Source of the DNA: Candidatus Micrarchaeota archaeon
GTDB taxonomy: Archaea; Micrarchaeota; Micrarchaeia; Micrarchaeales; CABMGC01
Assembly (NCBI GenBank): GCA_027319905.1
Contig: DAHVMJ010000021.1
Location: 1 to 11,090, forward strand
Direction of reading: 5' to 3'
DNA length: 11,090 nt
Shown here: piece after piece, positions 6,985-11,090 of the stretch
Layout: the number at the start of each line of letters is the position of its first letter
How positions within the stretch are numbered: position 1 is the first letter of the stretch
Position numbers and translations under genes: made by a program
The notes under the pieces: generated by a model
What the model was told of the DNA's origin: nothing
The model's input: the letters and a program-made list of their open reading frames with translations, nothing else
Database searches by the model: none

Positions 6985-9078
6985 CTATTCCGCCTCGTGC
7001 CTCACTATCTTCAGGAATCCCGGCTTGGGCGTGTAGATGTCGCCGGTTCTGCTGAGGTCATCGATATACCTCCTAGCCGCGCCCTTGTCCACGCCCGCCT
7101 TCTCCGCCTCCTCGAGCACGCGCTCATACCTTACTTCCTTCTCGTCCTGCTCGAGCTTGCGGATTATGTTCATCATAAGGTTTATCTTGTCCACCTTCTC
7201 CTTGGAGAAGCCCGTGGTAAGTATGTCTATGTTTACCGCGCCTCCCTTCTCCACCGCCAGCGTCTGCAGCATGTAGTTCACCAGCCCGATCGCAATCTCA
7301 GCGTCGCGCAGCTCAACCACGTCCGTCAGCCTAGTTTTTGCGCTCGACTCGGCGAGTCTCACCAGGCCCTCTATCTGCCTCGGGGTTATCGGAGTCGTGC
7401 CAGAGTGCATGCCCAGTTTCCTCAGTTCAAGGTAGAACTTCTCTATTCTCTCGCTCGCCTCTTTGGAGAGCCTCGGGCTCACGTTCTTTCTCGCAAACGC
7501 GACGTACTTGCGCAGCATCTCCTGCTTGATCGGAGGCGCCTCAACCTGCTGGTAATCCTGCACCTCAGCTATCTGCGCTCCGGCCGCTGCGTGCTGGACG
7601 AGTATGTGCCTCGCGATGCTCCTGTCCTGCTCCTCGTCCATCAGGTCCCTTATCGGGAATATCAGGTCGAAACGCGATAGCAGCGTTGGCGGGATGTCGA
7701 ACTGCTCCGCAGGGAGCACGTTGGGGTCAAAGCGACCATACTTGGGGTTCGCCGCAGCGAGTATCGCTGTCTTTGTGTTGAACTTTGCGACTATGCCCGC
7801 CTTTGCTATGCTTATCGTCTGCGACTCCATCGCCTCAAGAAGCGAGGACTTGTCGTCGTCGCTTATCTTGTCGAACTCGTCTATCGAGACCTCTCCCCCA
7901 GATCCCAGAACCAGTGCGCCAGCCTTAAGCGTCCAACCGCCTTCGGAGAACTCGTCGCGCTCTGCAGCCGCGGTAAGGCCCGCGCTTGTGGTTGACTTGC
8001 CGCTCACGTAAATCCCCTTCGGCACTATCGCCGTTGTTGATTGCAAAAGCCTTGTCTTCGCGCTTCCAGGGTCGCCGATGAGCAGCATGTGTATGTCGCT
8101 CCTTATCAGACTGCCGTCCACCAGCTTCTTGTTCTGTGTGCCGCCAAAGAGTTGCAGCGCCATTGCCTTCTTTATCTCATCATAGCCGTAGATCGACGGT
8201 GCGATCGACTTCGCCACCTTGTCGAATATGTGCGGGTCTTTTGCCAATTCCCTTATCTCCTTCTCCTCGTCCTGGCTTATCTCCAGCTCTGCGAACTCCT
8301 TCTGCTTGGCCATGACGGAAACCGCATCTATGAACATTGTGAACTGCGCCTTCTCCTGCTTGCCTTTTATGTTCCGCCTCGGCCTTATCCTCAGCACGCC
8401 GGTTACGTCTGCGCGGTCTCCCGGCTGCTGCTTGTTCACCAGATCGTCCTCGAGCCAGATCTCGAGCTGCCACGTCGGGGTGCTGCCCTTCAGCCTCTCC
8501 AGAGGGTCCTGGACGGCTATGCGCTGGAGGTTTATGAACGTGCTTTCCTCGTTTATCTGCCTCAGCGCTCTCCTCTTGCACTGCGGGCAGACGTCAGGGA
8601 CATTGTCGCGCTCTATCTCCACCTTTGTTATGGTGCCGCACAGTGCGCACTTGTAGACGCCCATGTGCACCATTGGTATTATCTCAGACTTTTTGACTAT
8701 GAGCGAGTCTAGGGTGAGCAGCTTGCCTATGTGGTCAGAGCCAACGTCCTGTATGAGCGGCATAGACGTGCTATCCAATCCGTAGAACCTCGCATGCACC
8801 GCCTTCTGCATGCCTTCCGGGTTTGGGCTCAATCTCAGCAGCGCGGCATCTGCGCTTGCCAGCACCGCATCCGGGTTTTCTATCAGCTCGTTTGCAAGCT
8901 CGCTGTCAAACTTCTCAAGGTCCTTGACGTTTATGAAGACGGCGCGCTTCTGCGGGTAGGAGAGGAACATGGAGTTGATCTCCTCTATGTAGTAGGTGTT
9001 GTAGAATTCGACGAAGCGGTCCTCAAGACCCGGGCTGACCATGTTCTGAGCGAGCAGTTCCTCCAAGCGAAACCCCAA
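6985..9078 (-). CDS. mcm: Replicative helicase MCM (no intein)
   Basis: Zn finger CALC...CPQC, IAPSIYG, Walker A GDPGSAKT, GLTAA, Walker B IDEFDK, LEAMESQTISIAKAG, AAANP, Arg finger LLSRFD, ITPRQIEG and a C-terminal winged helix. The start is uncertain (TTG 9078 or TTG 9066). Confidence 0.97.
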   Translation of the reverse strand: MGFRLEELLAQNMVSPGLEDRFVEFYNTYYIEEINSMFLSYPQKRAVFINVKDLEKFDSELANELIENPDAVLASADAALLRLSPNPEGMQKAVHARFYGLDSTSMPLIQDVGSDHIGKLLTLDSLIVKKSEIIPMVHMGVYKCALCGTITKVEIERDNVPDVCPQCKRRALRQINEESTFINLQRIAVQDPLERLKGSTPTWQLEIWLEDDLVNKQQPGDRADVTGVLRIRPRRNIKGKQEKAQFTMFIDAVSVMAKQKEFAELEISQDEEKEIRELAKDPHIFDKVAKSIAPSIYGYDEIKKAMALQLFGGTQNKKLVDGSLIRSDIHMLLIGDPGSAKTRLLQSTTAIVPKGIYVSGKSTTSAGLTAAAERDEFSEGGWTLKAGALVLGSGGEVSIDEFDKISDDDKSSLLEAMESQTISIAKAGIVAKFNTKTAILAAANPKYGRFDPNVLPAEQFDIPPTLLSRFDLIFPIRDLMDEEQDRSIARHILVQHAAAGAQIAEVQDYQQVEAPPIKQEMLRKYVAFARKNVSPRLSKEASERIEKFYLELRKLGMHSGTTPITPRQIEGLVRLAESSAKTRLTDVVELRDAEIAIGLVNYMLQTLAVEKGGAVNIDILTTGFSKEKVDKINLMMNIIRKLEQDEKEVRYERVLEEAEKAGVDKGAARRYIDDLSRTGDIYTPKPGFLKIVRHEAE

Positions 9079-9100
9079 GGCATATTACTCGCGTAAAAAT

Positions 9101-9108
9101 AATATAAA
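9101..9108 (-). promoter_or_regulatory. TATA box (TTTATATT) upstream of mcm
   Basis: Consensus-like box about 23 nt upstream of position 9078. Confidence 0.5.
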
Positions 9109-9180
9109 GTGCGTTTTTGTTGGGTGTACACTTCCCTTATTCTGTTTTTAGCGCCGCTTTTTAAACCATGCGTCAGCGTC

Positions 9181-9585
9181 TCATTCGGAAAGCAATTTCA
9201 CTCCGTTAGCTTTGCATTCTTTCATGAGTTCCTTGTCGAGAGTAAGTAGCGGCAAGCCCTCGGTTTTGGCCAACGTCAGAATCAGTTTGTCATTGAAGCG
9301 TTTAAAACCAATGTCGCGTTCTGCCATCACGTGCGATGCTGCCTCGGAAATGCCGCTCGTATTCACGCTTAGCACGTCATATGTCTCAAGGGTCTCGCGA
9401 AGTTTTTCGTTTATGGTTTTCTTGTCGAGCCCCACCTTTGCCAGCACTGACACGAGCTCTTCGACAACCACTGTCGGCAGGAAACCCCTGTCAATTCTTT
9501 CGAGGCTTGTTTTGGCAAGTTCATGATTTGGCGCTTCAAGCAGGATGTAGTCGACAAGCACACTTGTATCTATCACTCCTTCCAT
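9181..9585 (-). CDS. vapC: PIN-domain ribonuclease toxin, VapC family (134 aa)
   Basis: VIDTSVLV, TVVVEEL, FNDKLI and LLTLDKEL supply the four acidic PIN residues. ATG 9585 overlaps the end of the upstream small gene by 13 nt. Confidence 0.9.
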   Translation of the reverse strand: MEGVIDTSVLVDYILLEAPNHELAKTSLERIDRGFLPTVVVEELVSVLAKVGLDKKTINEKLRETLETYDVLSVNTSGISEAASHVMAERDIGFKRFNDKLILTLAKTEGLPLLTLDKELMKECKANGVKLLSE

Positions 9586-9818
9586 TTCACGGCCTCGGAC
9601 CAACCTTCATCGATGAGCTTTTCTATTTCTTTCTCTGTTATCTTCCTCCCAAGCCTGAGAGGCTTTATGTATATCTTTTTCGCCGCTGTGCTCTTGCTCA
9701 CCCTCAGTTTCCTGTTGATCAGAAGCGACAGCTTCCTTGTGCTCCCATATTTTTTTATCGATTCGTCCACGAGCTCCCTGTAGAGATCGTCCTCCAGCAT
9801 GATGGTGGTTTTTACCAT
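9573..9818 (-). CDS. Antitoxin, ribbon-helix-helix / VapB-like (81 aa)
   Basis: MVKTTIMLEDDLYREL...LSLLINRKLR fits an RHH strand-helix-helix. The C-terminus is acidic (EKEIEKLIDEGW). It lies directly upstream of, and overlaps, the PIN gene. Confidence 0.82.
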   Translation of the reverse strand: MVKTTIMLEDDLYRELVDESIKKYGSTRKLSLLINRKLRVSKSTAAKKIYIKPLRLGRKITEKEIEKLIDEGWSEAVKWKE

Positions 9819-9840
9819 ACAACTATTCTGCATTAAGAAA

Positions 9841-9855
9841 TATATAAACTTTACG
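9841..9855 (-). promoter_or_regulatory. BRE plus TATA (CGTAAAG-TTTATATA) of the toxin-antitoxin operon, leaderless
   Basis: Perfect TTTATATA at 9848-9841, about 23 nt before ATG 9818, preceded by a purine-rich BRE. Confidence 0.75.
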
Positions 9856-9872
9856 TTTAGATGGCGAATGTG

Positions 9873-10151
9873 TCATTTCCTGTATGCGTACCTGCTTATC
9901 GCCAGACCCACGCGCCTGCATGTGGCGCCGAGCGCATTCGCGGGTATGGGTCCGCGGCCGCTCTCCTTTGCCGCTGCCTTCACTATGAACCCGCAGTCGC
10001 CCTCTGTCACATACACCTCCCTGACGCGTTTGAAGGCCATGAGCCTCTTCGCGAACCTGTCCGCGTTGAAGTTCTCCCTCGGCTCTATGATGTAGAAGGC
10101 GTACTGCCTCTGCCTGCCGTTTCCATGCCTGACTCTAGTGCCATTGGCCAT
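9873..10151 (-). CDS. Small basic protein resembling a stand-alone Lrp/AsnC ligand-binding (RAM) domain (92 aa)
   Basis: YAFYII...ADRFAKRLMAFKRVREVYVTEGDCGFIVKA resembles the RAM pattern (strand, helix, V-x-E-V-Y-x-x-x-G-x-x-x-h-h-h-K). A G-rich SD-like GGGATGGGG precedes the ATG. No HTH. Confidence 0.55.
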   Translation of the reverse strand: MANGTRVRHGNGRQRQYAFYIIEPRENFNADRFAKRLMAFKRVREVYVTEGDCGFIVKAAAKESGRGPIPANALGATCRRVGLAISRYAYRK

Positions 10152-10178
10152 TTCCCCATCCCAAACAGAATAGCGAGA

Positions 10179-10313
10179 CTAATCGGCGTAGACGATGCGC
10201 CAGGCGTTTGCGCCTTCGCGTATCCATCTCACAGGCCTCTCGCTCTCTTCGTGCAGCATCTTGTCAGCCTTGGTATCTTTACCGAACGTGGGTTTAGCTA
10301 TGTCTGTCTTCAT
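10179..10313 (-). CDS. Small hypothetical protein (44 aa, not in ORF track)
   Basis: MKTDIAKPTFGKDTKADKMLHEESERPVRWIREGANAWRIVYAD*. ATG start, host-like codons, SD-like GTTGAT just upstream, and it ends 27 nt before the next ATG. Confidence 0.55.
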   Translation of the reverse strand: MKTDIAKPTFGKDTKADKMLHEESERPVRWIREGANAWRIVYAD

Positions 10314-10326
10314 GAGATCAACAAGC

Positions 10327-10428
10327 GTAGGGAGCCGAGCGGGTACGATGGTAGGATAGAGTAGGGTGAGTGAGTGTTACAGAATAAAGGTTCCCCCACC
10401 TCGTCATTAGACCAGCCCAGCCCAACAT
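10327..10428 (-). ncRNA. Candidate structured 5' leader or small RNA (long interrupted hairpin)
   Basis: GGGCUGGGC (10423-10415) pairs with GCUCGGCUC (10340-10332), GGU with ACC, and ACGAGGUGGG (10404-10395) with CCUACCAUCGU (10355-10345, one bulged A). Four pairs are G:U, valid only on the minus strand. It starts about 20-25 nt downstream of a TATAAATA box. Confidence 0.55.
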
Positions 10429-10446
10429 AGAATATGGCCGAGGCGG

Positions 10447-10490
10447 TATTTATATTTATCCTAACTGCTATGCAGAAAAAGATATAAATA
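10447..10490. promoter_or_regulatory. Back-to-back TATAAATA promoters with a central palindrome
   Basis: TATTTATAT (10447-10455) and ATATAAATA (10482-10490) form a perfect 9-bp inverted repeat. CTGC-TAT-GCAG lies between them at 10465-10475. Confidence 0.65.
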
Positions 10491-10531
10491 TTAGATATTT
10501 CATAACAATTAATTAGTATTTGGGAATCATT

Positions 10532-11090
10532 ATGCCCGCCTCGAAGGAGATCCAGGAGTATGTGGAGAAGGAGCTGCCATACAAGATCCTCATGCACATC
10601 TACGAGGACTCGAGGGCTCCGCTGAGGGAACTGGGCAGGGAACTAGGCATATCCCACCACACGATTTCCAAGGTGCTTCACGAGTATGAGAAGAAATACG
10701 ACATTAGATACACGCTTGACCTTGATCTTCATGCCCTCGGTTTTCACACAGCCAAACTTGTTACCATAAAATTTGGAGTTACTCCAAGCATCGATATTTT
10801 AAGAAACAAATTGCAGGGCGATTTCTTTGTTCAAGATGCATACTTATCATCAGGCGATTTTGATCTCATTCTATATGTTGTCGGCCTTACCCCAGAAGAT
10901 TTCGTGAAATGGCAGTTTAAGCTTAGGATAGACTTAAGCGAATACAAACCTAAACTAAGTGTTTCAGATGTTAACATGTATGTGGACGGATTCCTGCCTG
11001 TGAGAAGCGAACTCATCTCAAGTAGCGAAGCACTCTCGACTATCGATAAAAGAGTGTTAGTAGCACTTAATGACAATTCTAGGATTAAAA
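10532..11090 (+). CDS. Lrp/AsnC-family transcriptional regulator with tandem domains (partial, runs off the window, not in ORF track)
   Basis: Open frame from ATG 10532. HTH: YKILMHIYEDSRAPLRELGRELGISHHTISKVL. Linker: YTLDLDLHALGF. RAM-like domain: FVQDAYLSSGDFDLILYVV. A second Lrp N-terminus then begins: LSTIDKRVLVALNDNSRIK. Confidence 0.88.
   Translation, partial: MPASKEIQEYVEKELPYKILMHIYEDSRAPLRELGRELGISHHTISKVLHEYEKKYDIRYTLDLDLHALGFHTAKLVTIKFGVTPSIDILRNKLQGDFFVQDAYLSSGDFDLILYVVGLTPEDFVKWQFKLRIDLSEYKPKLSVSDVNMYVDGFLPVRSELISSSEALSTIDKRVLVALNDNSRIK

Noticed and set aside
6949..9096. Long antisense ORFs over mcm (6949..7680, 8041..8712 and others), and an intein in MCM
   Set aside because: They are antisense shadows. 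The MCM motifs are contiguous and the length is typical, so there is no intein.
9079..9180. Replication origin next to mcm
   Set aside because: The gap is only about 100 nt, with no ORB-like repeats or G-strings and no cdc6/orc1 in the window.
10327..10428. Hairpin as tRNA, 5S rRNA, SRP RNA or a DNA inverted repeat (MITE)
   Set aside because: No cloverleaf or T-loop, no 5S CCGAAC loop and no SRP helix-8 motif. The pairing depends on G:U wobbles, and no target-site duplication is seen.
10310..10597. 95-aa minus-strand ORF, and likewise 10831..11076
   Set aside because: They cross the AT-rich divergent promoter and/or lie antisense to the Lrp gene.
1..11090. CRISPR array, transposase or integrase
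   Set aside because: No regularly spaced direct repeats and no recognisable recombinase or transposase ORF.

Overview
This is a compact archaeal chromosomal region. The gene set and the 'QSA[IM]EYLxTYGWAIL' pilin-like proteins suggest DPANN, probably Micrarchaeota-like (inference). Core DNA-metabolism genes lie on the minus strand: a B12-dependent class II ribonucleotide reductase interrupted by a 343-aa LAGLIDADG intein, RNase HII, a PRC-barrel protein, a hypothetical protein and the MCM helicase. They are interleaved with three plus-strand genes for pilin-like or LamG surface proteins. A VapBC-type toxin-antitoxin pair follows. The right end is a divergent regulatory locus that the ORF track largely misses. 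On the minus strand it runs TATA box -> ~115-nt leader folding into a long G:U-containing hairpin -> 44-aa ORF -> stand-alone Lrp/AsnC ligand-binding-like protein. On the plus strand it carries a tandem-domain Lrp/AsnC regulator cut by the window edge. The best novelty candidates are this structured-leader/small-ORF/Lrp module and the LamG pilin-like family, which looks circularly permuted and has conserved ends with a lower-GC core. All folding, GC counts and alignments were done by eye; no searches were run.
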